Below are positions 14,691 to 25,759 of a stretch of DNA of 57,319 nucleotides, in pieces. This stretch comes from Girardia tigrina. Its lineage: Eukaryota. The position numbers were made by a program, and so were the translations under genes. Position 1 is the first letter of the stretch, and each line of letters begins with the position of its first letter. Under the pieces are notes generated by a model, which had not been told where the DNA came from, made no database searches, and saw nothing but the letters and a program-made list of their open reading frames with translations. Where the stretch lies: contig MQRK01179919.1 in assembly GCA_001938485.1 (NCBI GenBank), forward strand, positions 15,749-73,067, in the 5' to 3' direction.

Positions 14691-16005
14691 ATTTTAAATG
14701 TGATCCCCCGACCGGGTGTTCGCTCTCCGTCGCCGACGCGCCGCAGTCACAAAATCGCTGCGCCCGCCCTTGCACCATCAGGCGTTATACATGAAAAATA
14801 TCAATCAGTTTTTTTTTCAAAATTTGCCTAGTTGGATTTTTAATTGATCGTACTTTAATTGAGTCCAATTTTATGTACAGCAGTGTCTGGTTGAAGAGCC
14901 GGTTCGATGATTGCTAATTGTTTGAGATTACGACTTGGTCGTTCTGTTACTACGTTTATTAAATCCATAAAAAGAATATTTCCCATTGATGGCGAGTGAT
15001 TAAATGACACATAACTTATATGTAACGAATATTATAATGTCGATATTATCCCATTTCTGGCAAGTCTAATAATTGTCGTCGCTTTTACTGATATCTTTCG
15101 AAGTATTGCTTGTGCTGCTATTCTGGGCCGAGGCTCCAGCTCCGCGGTCCTGATTGCATTCTTCATCACAAAAATTTTCTACGCACTTCTCCACGACGAA
15201 ATTCATTGTCCCTTGGGTTCTCGATGGAAGGTTCCCCTACACTCTCTTCATTCGATTCTCTGAACACAAGCGTAAATTAAAAAATATTGAATAATATTAA
15301 ATGATATTTAATATTTAAATAATATTTAATAAATACTATATGATAAAATGTACTAGATAAATACAAACACGCAAAAAGAATTATCTAAACTTAAAAATCA
15401 GTTAAAATTTTTCAATGTCTCATTTATGGTAGTACTCGAGTTTAGAGCCCCGAAAACCTTTAAAAACGATAAGTATCTAATACTATTTACTCTCATGTCT
15501 CAATCGTACCTTTAATTGTCAATGAAACATGAAAGACTTTTCGGCACCAACATGTAGATTCAAAATAATAATATTAATAGTTTGACTTACATAAATTTTA
15601 AAATTAATAATGTCGATAATATTTTAATGAGTATAAATATCGATAACTTTGTACTTTGACAACTGGGTGTTTTGAGGTCGGACATATAGTGAACAAATAA
15701 ATGTTATCTATGAATTATCAATGAATGTAGAGATGGCTGACAGATATTTGAGTTATCGTTTAGTAAAATAGTTAATGAGAAATAGTAATGTTTCAATAAT
15801 ATTCTCTTTTCTGAGATATATTAACAGCGAGATTCGATTTTGTGATATGATTCATTTAATTTTTGAGATTAAAAAATTATATCTGAGAATTATGATGAAT
15901 CATCATTGATGATAAATTGGTATTGACTAGACTGATAAACTTTTGGCAATAAAATTGTTTAAGTGACAATTCGTAATCAAATGCTTAGTGATAATATGTA
16001 CAAAA

Positions 16006-16117
16006 ACGGAATTCGTCTGCATAATTTCGTCCTCATAATAATTATAATCGTAATTTTCAAATACGGAATTCGTCAGTATAATTTCGTCTCAAATAATTAT
16101 AATAGTAGGTCGTAACA
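16006..16117. repeat. Two-copy ~55-bp direct repeat followed by a GTCGTAACA end
   Basis: ACGGAATTCGTC..ATAATTTCGTC..ATAATTATAAT occurs twice in tandem; probably a TE subterminal repeat. Confidence 0.65.
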
Positions 16118-16980
16118 TATTGTGGTGCTCGAAAAATCAAATAAAAAACAAATAAATTAAATAATGACTGTTAGACATTTAACCTTGTTTAAATAACTAG
16201 AAATAATGTGTGTAAAATGAATGAATAAATGTTTAAGATGATGAATAATTTTTATCTTTATGTTAATTTATTAATGTTATTTTAACGTACCGATACACTA
16301 ACTAATCTTTTAAAAGCAATGTTCTCTTCGGGAATTATCATAAAGCACACTTTCCGAAACTTGCCGGAATCGAAGGGCTGACCGGCGTGTCCTCACTGTC
16401 TTGGGAGATCGGTAGAACCAGTCGACTTTCAGAGGACGGGCCATCGACCGATGAGCCAGTCACACTAACTGCCATTCCGAGCGGCACCAACTGCAATAGA
16501 GCCAGAGAGACGGGACAGGTAACCGCCACCGTCTGGATGAGAATTCGAAATAAATCGTTGCGCGATTGGAGGCCACCTTTCGACTTCCCCGCCCGGCAAC
16601 TTCCCGCACGATAAAGAGGTGCTAGCCACCATCGCTGGGCTCGGGGGTCAGCACCTAATAGATAATAATTTAATAATTTAAAAAAAATTAAATTCTGAAT
16701 TCCATATAGCGCTATTAATTAGCTTTAAAATTCAGAATTCAAATAATAATTGTAATAATAATTTAACTTTAATTAAATAACATAAATAAGGCAATATATA
16801 AATTTAAATAAGAAAATAAGAATAGTAATAATATTAATTCATAAATGGCGATATTTAACTAAAAAGTAAAGGTATACATAAATAGCGATATATAAATAAT
16901 AATTGAGCATATATGTTCCGCCCGATCTACGAGTTTCCCCGGAGAGTGCAATGTGCAGGACCCATTGTTATTTAAATTTT

Positions 16981-17145
16981 TTCGTCATTACAATTTCACT
17001 GATCGAGAAAATATTCATTATTACAATTTCATTGACCGAGAAAATATTCGTTATTAAAAGCTCCTTAACCGAGAAAATATTCGTTATTTCAGTCTCATTA
17101 ATCAAGAACATATTTGTCATTACAATTTTATTAACCGATACAACT
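16981..17145. repeat. 33-bp tandem minisatellite, about 5 copies
   Basis: Unit approximates TTCGTTATTACAATTTCATTGACCGAGAAAATA, repeated head to tail with no spacers. Confidence 0.85.
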
Positions 17146-17329
17146 GAGAAATTAAAGTGAATTTCAAAAAAAATAAATAGTATTGTTCCGGATTTGAATT
17201 AATAAAATTTGAATTGGAATTTTTAATCGAATTTCAATTCATTAAATTTATATAAAAAATATAGATATATAATAAAAAGAAAGAAAAAAATTAAATTAAA
17301 ATTATGTATATTTATTATATAAATGTATA

Positions 17330-18500
17330 TGTTGCGGCCAGAAACTCATACATTGCATTATACATTACCATATACACAGACATTCACATGTACTAAAAAG
17401 CACAATTCACAAACAAAGAGAAGAAAGACAATGAGAGTTAATACATGTATTTGAAAGTTAAAAACAAATTTACATCGATTGGAACCCCGGAATTGTTCTC
17501 GAATTCCCCGTGTGATCGCCCCGACATCCTCGTAGACTGAGTATTGCCAGTATCGTAGAAACTAAAACACGACATAAAGAAAAAATGGACGAAGTTGAAT
17601 GAAAATTTACCCGATAACGGAAATCGAATAAGCGCATCGTAAGGTGCATCAGTGAAGGGACCCACCGGAAGATGGCATCATCTTGAGAGAATTTACAAAC
17701 CTTAAAAGAATAAGAGTTAATTAAAACGAACCCAAAAAATGATAAAGTTCCTTACTGAGCTTCCCAGTAGACATAGAAGGTCATCCGACGCACTCCGAAT
17801 AGATCTCCCCGAGTAGAATCCAGGAGCGAATCCCGCATTTGAGTCACACCTTCCTGAGGGAAGATATAGCCCCTAAAAGATTAAGAAATTAAATTAAAAT
17901 CATAAGGACTAATTAAGAACTTACATGAGTCAGTCATAATTCCAAAAATAAAAATCATGTGATTAATCAGCATGAATCACCAGACATCTGAAAGTAACAT
18001 ACAGTCATAGAATTCTATAATAAATCAAAAATTACTTTCGAAATCGTGGACACAAAGGCACGCGCACCACAGACATGGTTCCAATGAGCCAACCATCATT
18101 CCAGAAATTCTTGAATTCCTTGCTGGCGAGCGGTGATTGGACGAGGCAGGACATCACGACACGGAATCTAAAGTATAAAACTACAGACATTTTTAGAATT
18201 GACGCACATTATTTATTATTGACGAACATTATTATTGACAAACTAATTATTGTTGACTTACTTCGAAACGACAGCATTACTTAGAGTAACTGAACGACGT
18301 TGAAACGATCGGTGAGCCCTAAGCACTAATTCGAACGAAGAATAACTACGAATTCGAAACCACACGTGAAGCCAAAGTAACCACAGACAGAGGACCGACA
18401 GACGAAGCTAGCAGTCTCGATAGAAAAGATCACCAATTCGAATGCCCCACGAGCAGACGCTTCGACTGGCGAACTATTTAACAGCCCTCCGGATACCGAC
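17330..18500 (-). mobile_element. LTR-like element carrying a degenerate multi-exon gene (copy A)
   Basis: The minus strand has a TATA-like motif near 18480, GC-richer exons separated by GT..AG introns (e.g. 52 nt at 17924-17873), and ends in ...GGCCGCAACA. It is homologous to 47690-48420 and 52500-53157. Confidence 0.6.
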
Positions 18501-19020
18501 CGCATTGTAAATTAATTTTTGTTATTTGATTTCTTGATAATCTGAATATTCGATTAACATTATTTCTTATTCATCTAATTGTAATTAATATGAGTACCTG
18601 AGTATTAACTTCTCTATAAATCCGAGTTAATTAGGTCTTTGACCTGCCGTCGTCGTCGCCCTCGTTCTTGAAGGAATATAAATAAGATCTGATCGTCAGA
18701 TGCATATAGTTCAAATTTGCGACGCAAGTCAGAAATCGATCACGATTAGAAATGAAATATTTAAACAAATAAAACTTTCTAATAAAATCCTAATAAAAAA
18801 TTTTTATTTTCTAAAAAAAATTTTCCTTTCGAAATAAATGTATATTAGTTTAGATTGAATGATATTTTTAATCGAAATTGAATTTTATAACTAAATCTCC
18901 AGACGAAATTCTGTGAATAAATTTGAGTGCTATTTTAAATTGAGTATTATCTTTAACATTACCTTATCTTATTGACGAATGTGCGGTGTAGAGCGAGACC
19001 TGTTGTTGGTATTAATTTAA

Positions 19021-19090
19021 ATGATATGAACTTAAATTATATAAATTTAAACGATATAAATCTAAACGATATAAATATAAATGATGTGAT
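19021..19090. repeat. 15-bp tandem repeat (ACGATATAAATCTAA-like), 4-5 copies
   Basis: Periodicity is directly visible in the sequence. Confidence 0.7.
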
Positions 19091-19329
19091 ACCAAAATAA
19101 GTTACACAATAATATATAATAATAATGTTTTCATGAATTTAGACCAAACAGACATGTCAATGCCACAAGTTCACATGTAGACACAACATTACCGCAAGTT
19201 GACAATACATATTACATAACAGTGTTTCAAGTTATAATCGTCGACATATTTCATACAGACATGAACGATGCATTCACTGGAGAAGAATATGTGCTTACAC
19301 AACATGAAATCAACCCCGATCGACACTAA

Positions 19330-19519
19330 TCTAGGCCCACAGCCCGCAGGCCCTTCGAGCTTGGCACTGCTAGTCAGATGTAAAGTAAGAAGAGACGTCC
19401 GATCCGTGTACAAACAAGCTTATGAACACATTCCTAACATGACATTGGGTTGTGGTTGACCCTTAATAACCACTGGGGGCTCTTCAGCTTTCAAAAATGT
19501 TTTACCTTGAGAGGGTCGT

Positions 19520-19522
<3 letters not shown>
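19330..19522. mobile_element. LTR-terminus fragment (family 'GGTCGTGACA'), copy 1
   Basis: Shares GGCCCACAGCCCG, CCCGCAGGCCCT, GTCAGATGT, GACATTGGGTTG, AATAACCACTGGGGGCTC and terminal GGTCGTGACA with 25590-25759. An inverted relative begins at 40194. Confidence 0.7.

Positions 19523-19569
<47 letters not shown>
19522..19569. repeat. (AT)n microsatellite
   Basis: About 24 perfect AT units. Confidence 0.95.
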
Positions 19570-19570
<1 letters not shown>

Positions 19571-19738
19571 TTTTGTTTCTAATTCCTTTGTTTGAACGAA
19601 TCAGTTATTATACAGTTTGATATCTAATAAAGATTACTAAGGATTACCGATTGCTTTATTATAGAAATATTAATTAACTGAAATTGAATATCTAATTTAA
19701 AAGAACAGATAGCTTTAGCATTTGACTATATTTTTAAT

Positions 19739-20140
19739 GTGGATTATTATATGAAGACATTTGAAGATAATCACGTAAAAATCTCCGAAGAAATCGTTTT
19801 ACCTGCTGTTGCGTCTCAAATGAGAAATTCGTCAAATCCAGTCGTATTTTTCGATGTCAGTGTTGGTGGTCAGGATATTGGCAGAATACAGTTCGAATTA
19901 TTTGCCGATATTGTCCCGAAAACTGCGGAAAATTTCCGTCAATTTTGTACGGACGAATACTGTAAAGATGGAGTTCCTATTTGCGACGAGAACTTTGAGA
20001 TGAAGCACGATAGTGCCGGCAAATTGTCCATGAGATCGCATATCAAAGGAACTGACGAAATTTCATCACCTACTAAAATTTGTGGAGACATTCATGGTCA
20101 GTGGGACAGAGAAATGGCCGTCAGAGGCCAGGAAAATTAA
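19739..20140 (+). pseudogene. PPIH: Chimeric host-gene fragment: cyclophilin H (internally deleted) + PP1-like PPP phosphatase piece
   Basis: [49 protein letters not shown] (the KDGVPI insert is typical of PPIH) is joined directly to [16 protein letters not shown], so the GYKG..FHR..QGGD core is missing. It is followed by [15 protein letters not shown], the PPP GDxHG motif in a PP1-type KICGDIHGQ context. Confidence 0.92.
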
Positions 20141-20526
20141 AATCGGCAGAAACAAATATTATCAATTGAAAAAATCATATTTCGTTCCATAAATCGTTCA
20201 ATTGAGTATCAAAATAATTTTTAAAACGAAAAAAAATGTACAACAATTGAGCAATTGAATCGTAAACAATCTAGAAAATTGACTTTGATTCATAAATTCA
20301 TAAAGTGATTTCTTCTTCACCGTCAGAAAATACTCACTCTGATAAACAACCAATCAGAACGAATATTTCATTTATTTCTCCAATTATTCGGTCACATACG
20401 CACACACTGAAACAATTTCTCTTTCCCTAGCACACATAAACAACTCGGCCAGTAGAAAAATAAACAGTCATATGAATTAAATAATAAAGAACTAAAGCGG
20501 AGTTATTTAAATTTAAAAATACTGAG

Positions 20527-20527
<1 letters not shown>

Positions 20528-20569
<42 letters not shown>
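20528..20569. repeat. (TA)n microsatellite
   Basis: About 20 perfect TA units. Confidence 0.95.
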
Positions 20570-20573
<4 letters not shown>

Positions 20574-20582
20574 CATTAAAAA

Positions 20583-20789
20583 ATGAGTAAAATAAGAATT
20601 CTCGTTTTGGGAGACTTGGGATGTTCACCGAGAATGTCGAAAAACTGTTTGTCATTCGTGAATTTCGGTTGGAAAATGTATTTTTCCGGATATTTGCAAT
20701 CTGAATTGCATCAATCAATCACGACAAACGATCTAATAATTGTCGAACCGATCAAAGAATCGCCGTCGTTTATTAATCAGAGAAAATAA
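20583..20789 (+). pseudogene. ALG1: ALG1 beta-1,4-mannosyltransferase N-terminal fragment
   Basis: ILVLGDLGCSPRMSKNCLSFVNFGWKMYFSGY matches the ALG1 VLGDxGRSPRMxxHAxS..GxxVxxxGY motif with conserved R and H mutated. No downstream ALG1 exons were seen. Confidence 0.85.
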
Positions 20790-21214
20790 AGTGAAATAAA
20801 GTGGGAGGTCTTCGAGTCGGAGGGAAAAATAAATTATCATACCCGGATTTTGCCGGCTTTCGGGACGTTGGCGCGCCATTTCTGGATTGCTTGGTTAACT
20901 CTCTCTCAATAAAACCTCGTCATCACGCACAATATCACTGCATTGGTGACTTTTTTCTGCTGATTGCTCAACATATATATTCGAATACTTCATATTGAAT
21001 TTGACTTTGAGTTTAGGGTTTCGAAAAAATGATGATGTATTAAAAATAATAATTTAAATTCTGAACAATATTAATTAAGTGATAGGAAAAGTATTACAAT
21101 AGACACCTCTTAAGAATAAAGAGTATCATGTGTTGTTTAAATCATTTTTACGTTTCGTAACGTAAGTTATATGTTTTGTTTGTATTGTTAATCTTATGTT
21201 ACAGTATGCTTTCC

Positions 21215-23030
21215 TTGTCCACCAAAAGCGAGTCCTGCAGGTTTAAAAAATGCTACTTGAGTTCATCTGTAAACTCTTAAAACTATCCCCAATGTATTCA
21301 CCCTCTATAATTCCTTTAGCAATAATATAGGTCTGTTTAATTTCCAAAATCAAACTAACGCTTCGCCTTCTGTTCCACGCACCGTAATAAACCATTGGGT
21401 ATTTTTAGTGAATAACCATAATGTTTTTTGAGATGCAAATTAAAGCCTGTTTCACCATAAACACAAGATTTTCGTTTGAAATGTTGTTAATAACCGGCAA
21501 TATTCTTGTCGTAAAGCAATAGTCTTGGTCGTGTTTCTTTCTGTTGGCACTAGTATAAACCTTTTCGGTATATAATCCATTGATTTTAATATTAGGTTGT
21601 CCTAAAAGTTCCCGGTCAAAATTGAAAAATACAATTTTTTGTGCGAGAATTTATTTTAAATAAATAACAATTAATCTTCAAAGTACAGTCCATCGTTTTC
21701 AACTACTTTCTGCTAACGGCCTGCAAGCTTTCAAATCTGGTCAAAGTGCCATTCCGGTTACTTCGAATTGAAGAACTCTTGACATGTTTGTTCAACTTCA
21801 TCGACTGCTTCGAATCAGCGGCCTTTCAAGAAGTGTTGCATGGATCGGAAGAGGCCATAATCGGATGGAGTGCAATCAGGGCTGTAAGCAGGATGCGGCA
21901 GGATTTCGACTCCATCCAACTTTTGGAACCTTCCCGTGGTCTTCTTAGCGGTGTGTGGTTTGGTATTGTCTTGCTGAAGCAGTACACGTTTTCGGTTCAT
22001 TAAGGCAGGGTACTTCTCCTTGAGCTTCTCGTAGACACGGTCCAGCTGTTGACAATAGAGCTCTGCGTTGATGGACTGGCCGTTTTGAACCAACTCAAAG
22101 TGCACGACTCCATCAAAGTTCCACCAGACGCACAACATGATTTTCAAGCCAAATCGATCTTGTTTTGGAACTGACGACGTTGCTTGACCCGATGGAACCC
22201 ATCACTTGTCTCGGTTGTGGTTGACCAAGTAGACCCACTTCTCGTCCGACGTCACAATTCGTTTTTAAAAGCGGTCATCTCGTGGATTCTGTAGCAGTTG
22301 TCTGCAAATTTGAACTCTTATCAGCCTTTGCTTAGGTAAGTTCTTGTTGATCTTGACGCGGTTTCTTGTGCACAAAATTGAGCTGCTTCAAATTCCAAAG
22401 TATGGTTGATCGGCCAACTCCAAGCTTAAATGTCAAATTGCGAGTGCTTGACGAAGGCTTCATGTCCAATTCTGCTTGCAAGTCATCGTTATCCAATTTT
22501 GTTGGTCGTCCAGAACGAGGTGCCTTTATTGAAACGCTTGTACTTTTTCCGACCGTTTGTGTACCTTCAACTTTGCAAATTGCCTTGACAGAATCTTATG
22601 TTATCATGCCTTTCTTCCAATAGTCACGCAGCAACACATGGATTTCAAGCTTTGTAATCTCCTAGTCCATATAATGCTATAAATAAATCGATATATATCA
22701 ATATCAAATAAATAATGCTAAAAATAAATTTGAAAAAAAATTTGTATTTTCGTCATTGACCGGGAACTTTTATGACAACCTAATATACGGGAATTCTAAA
22801 GTTTAGAGCATTGTTATTTTTACAATGTTCAGCTGTTTTAGCATCAATAATTTCATCATCAGTTTTTCTTGAATTGATGCTGATATATAAATTTATGGCG
22901 CTAGAAAAAGAAATTTCCTTTTCTTCCGCTATATTTTTTAGTGTAAGATTCTTTTTAATTGACCTAAAGGATTTTAGAACATTCAAAGTAATTTTTGATC
23001 TTTATTTTAAGGTTGGTAACTCTTTCATAG
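21215..23030 (-). pseudogene. IS630-like (DDE_3) transposase remnant split by a mariner insertion
   Basis: The N-terminal HTH-like part (KRSKITL..TLKNIAEEKEISFSS) lies at 22786-23030. It resumes left of the mariner with LKSMDYIPKRFILVPTERNT..LRQEYCR, ETGFNLHLKKHYGYS, SVSLIL..IIEGEYIGDSF. Confidence 0.8.
21592..22783 (-). mobile_element. mariner (DD34D) element with both TIRs, defective transposase
   Basis: 28-bp TIRs TTAGGTTGTC(C/A)TAAAAGTTCCCGGTCAA with TA on both sides. The transposase (22670 to 21671) has RSGRP, IVTSDEKWVY, QQDNTKPH and HPAYSPDCTPSDY plus stops and deletions. Confidence 0.97.
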
Positions 23031-24252
23031 GGAACGTAACCAAAACCTAATTAATCAACGAATAATGAACGTGTTCAAAATAAAATATTAAAAAAAATAT
23101 TTTATATTTTTAAAACAAATGTTTTTTATCTTAATACAAATGGTTTATATTTTAACACAAATGTTTAATATTTTTGAAATGCTCTGAAGTTGCAACAGAA
23201 CATATTACAGTAATTCCTATATTTCCATTTTTTAGTATATACTTGAGTTTATTTCTATATAATTTATTATAATGAAATAATTGATTATTTAAAAAGTCAA
23301 ATATTTTTAACCAGGGCCGGCCTTAGCTATAAGCAAGTTTGGCAGCCGTCTAGCGCCGCCAAATTTTAATAATTTTTTTTATGTTTTCACTTTGTGTAAG
23401 GCAAGCTTAAATTCTTATTTCTTGCAAGACGATTCATTGTATAAAATTTAAACGCTATAATTATTCAATTTCACTGGAAACGTATAAAATAATGAAAGTA
23501 GTATAAATCTTTAGATTGCTTATTCTTATTCTTTAAGCAACTGTCAAAACATTGATTCTTTAAATAAAAATTTCACCGGTGTAAAAGTTTAGCTATGTAG
23601 CCTATAGTTGATAAATATCGGTTAAAAAGGTAAAACGAACTTCAAATTAAATAACTGCGTATTAATCTACTACTTAATTTACTTGCTGGTTGTTTATTTA
23701 AAGCCTTACTAAAGCCTAAATTTTTAATAATCGTAAAATACATTATCACGTATATTTAAACTTTATAGGCTATATAGGCGCAGTGTTTATGATAATTTTC
23801 AGTTTTGTACCTTACTTACATTATTTCGCGAATCAGTATTACCTAACAGTATAATGCTAATAGAGTTTTTGTTATCATGCAGTTTTATAACAATTGATAT
23901 AATTAGAATATTTTAATAACCGTAAACATTAATTGTAAATAATTTCTAAGTAATTAAAAAAGTTTTATTAAAATTAAAGTAATAGTCCATTAATAATAGT
24001 AATAATTCATTAAATGTCAATTTAAAAATTGTAAGTAATGAATAGAAATATAAGGGCCTAGGTAATATTTCATAATTTTCTTAAAAAATTTTGTAAGATG
24101 ATCTACTTTTATAAAATACTACTTAAAATGATCTACTTTCAGAGATGAATATAAATAGTCTATAATTGATAAATTTCTGTACTCATAATGTTTGAAATTT
24201 TGTTGTATTAACTGACATTCTAGGAACTTGTACTATAATTCAGCCAATCGAG

Positions 24253-25580
24253 ATGTCAGCGATAAAAGGTACAAAATTAGATTCCTGTGCGTTGAAGCGG
24301 AAACAAAAAAAGGAACAAGATTTATTTACAAAATCTCAGGCGGGTAGTATGTTGAAGCAAATGAAGATTGATGCATCCGTTACAACTTATGTTACTTCAG
24401 TTGAAACAAATAACAATTTGTTGAATATTCTTATTAAGCAAGAACCTTCATCAGTGTCGGATTCACTAACAGAAGGAGAACATAGCGAGGAAACTCAGTT
24501 CAACAGAGCTGTAGTGGAACAGGTGACAACATTGCTTATTATGAACTCATAGCCGCTTTCAGTGATATTAATCAATATCATAAACATATTAGCAGTGATC
24601 AGCGTACATTTCTAGTACGATCAGGACCGAACCGAATTTCGCAATATGATTATCCTGAAACATTGGTAGACATTTTTGTTAAAACTTTATACTAGAAAAC
24701 TTCCTAATGGTGAACGAGTTGATAGGGAGTGATTAGTGTACTCTGCAAGTAAAAACAGAGTATATAGTTTCTGTTGTAAATTGTTTTCATCTGTGTCGAA
24801 CAGCTTTTCAACAGAAGGTTATTGTAATTGGAAAAATATTTCAGCCATAGTTCATGACAATGAAGGGTCAATTTCGCATTTAACTACTCAATATAAATGG
24901 ACTGAATTGGAAAATAGATTGCGATTGAATAGGACTATAAACATGGAAAGTTAGAAATTAGTTGAATCTGAGAAACTACGTTGGGGAAGTGTTTTAGAAC
25001 GACTGTTAGTAATAATAGAATTTTTAGCGCAACAAAATATGGTGTTCAAAGGTTCAAATGAGAAAGTATATGAAGAGTCTTGTGGTAATTTTCTAGCACT
25101 TATAGGTTTGCTTGGCAAATTTAATTCCATTCTACAAGAACATATTCGCAGAATGAATAAAGATGAACTACTTGCCACTATCTCGGTAAAAGAATACAAA
25201 ATGAACTCATTTAATTGATTAGCAGTAACATTGTAAAGAAATTGTAAACCGTAAAGAAAAGGCAAAATATTATTCAATACTGCTGGACTGCACACCTGAT
25301 GTATGTCATACAGAAAAAATGACAATGATTCTTCGTGCAGTCGAAATAGACGCTGAGTCAACTAATAAACGTGAGCGTTTTGTAGGATTTATAGATGTGT
25401 GTGAAAGCACCGCATCTGAAAGACTTACAGAAACAATAGCGAAAAAAATTGAGGAGCTGTGATTGAAACTTGATGATTATTTATGAAATCTCAGGAGGGT
25501 AGTATGTTGAAGCATATGAAGATTGAAGGCGCCCAGATAAGAATATTGGAATTAAACAAACGAGCCTTATTTCTGCCATG
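24253..25580 (+). pseudogene. hAT-2 transposase, 5' two-thirds
   Basis: ALKRKQKKE..SQAGSM; LPNGERVDRE*LVYSASKNRVYSFCCKLF; GNFLALIGLLGKF; ILLDCTPDVCH; ERFVGFIDV; GAQIRILELNKRALFLP. Confidence 0.93.
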
Positions 25581-25589
25581 AGCTAAGCG

Positions 25590-25759
25590 GGGGGCCCACA
25601 GCCCGTCCTGCCTTGAAACGAACCCGCAGGCCCTCTGAACTTGACACTGCAGGTCAGATGTCAAGTAAGGAGAGGTGACATTGGGTTGACCAATAATATT
25701 GATCAATAACCACTGGGGGCTCAAGAGTCAACAGAAATGTTAACACTCTGGTCGTGACA
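25590..25759. mobile_element. LTR-terminus fragment (family 'GGTCGTGACA'), copy 2
   Basis: Homologous to 19330-19522; it truncates the hAT-2 transposase. Confidence 0.7.

Noticed and set aside
14277-14831. Intact VAP gene
   Set aside because: The MSP domain is truncated, the coiled coil and TM segment are absent, splice sites are decayed and foreign sequence flanks both sides.
16981-17145. CRISPR-like 33-bp periodicity
   Set aside because: Units are head to tail with no unique spacers, there are no cas genes and the context is eukaryotic; it is a minisatellite.
19739-20140. Functional cyclophilin or cyclophilin-phosphatase fusion
   Set aside because: The PPIase active-site core is deleted and only about 16 aa of phosphatase are present.
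21746-25361. Antisense ORFs such as 21746-22003, 22366-22623 and 24951-25361
   Set aside because: They are shadow frames opposite transposase sequence.
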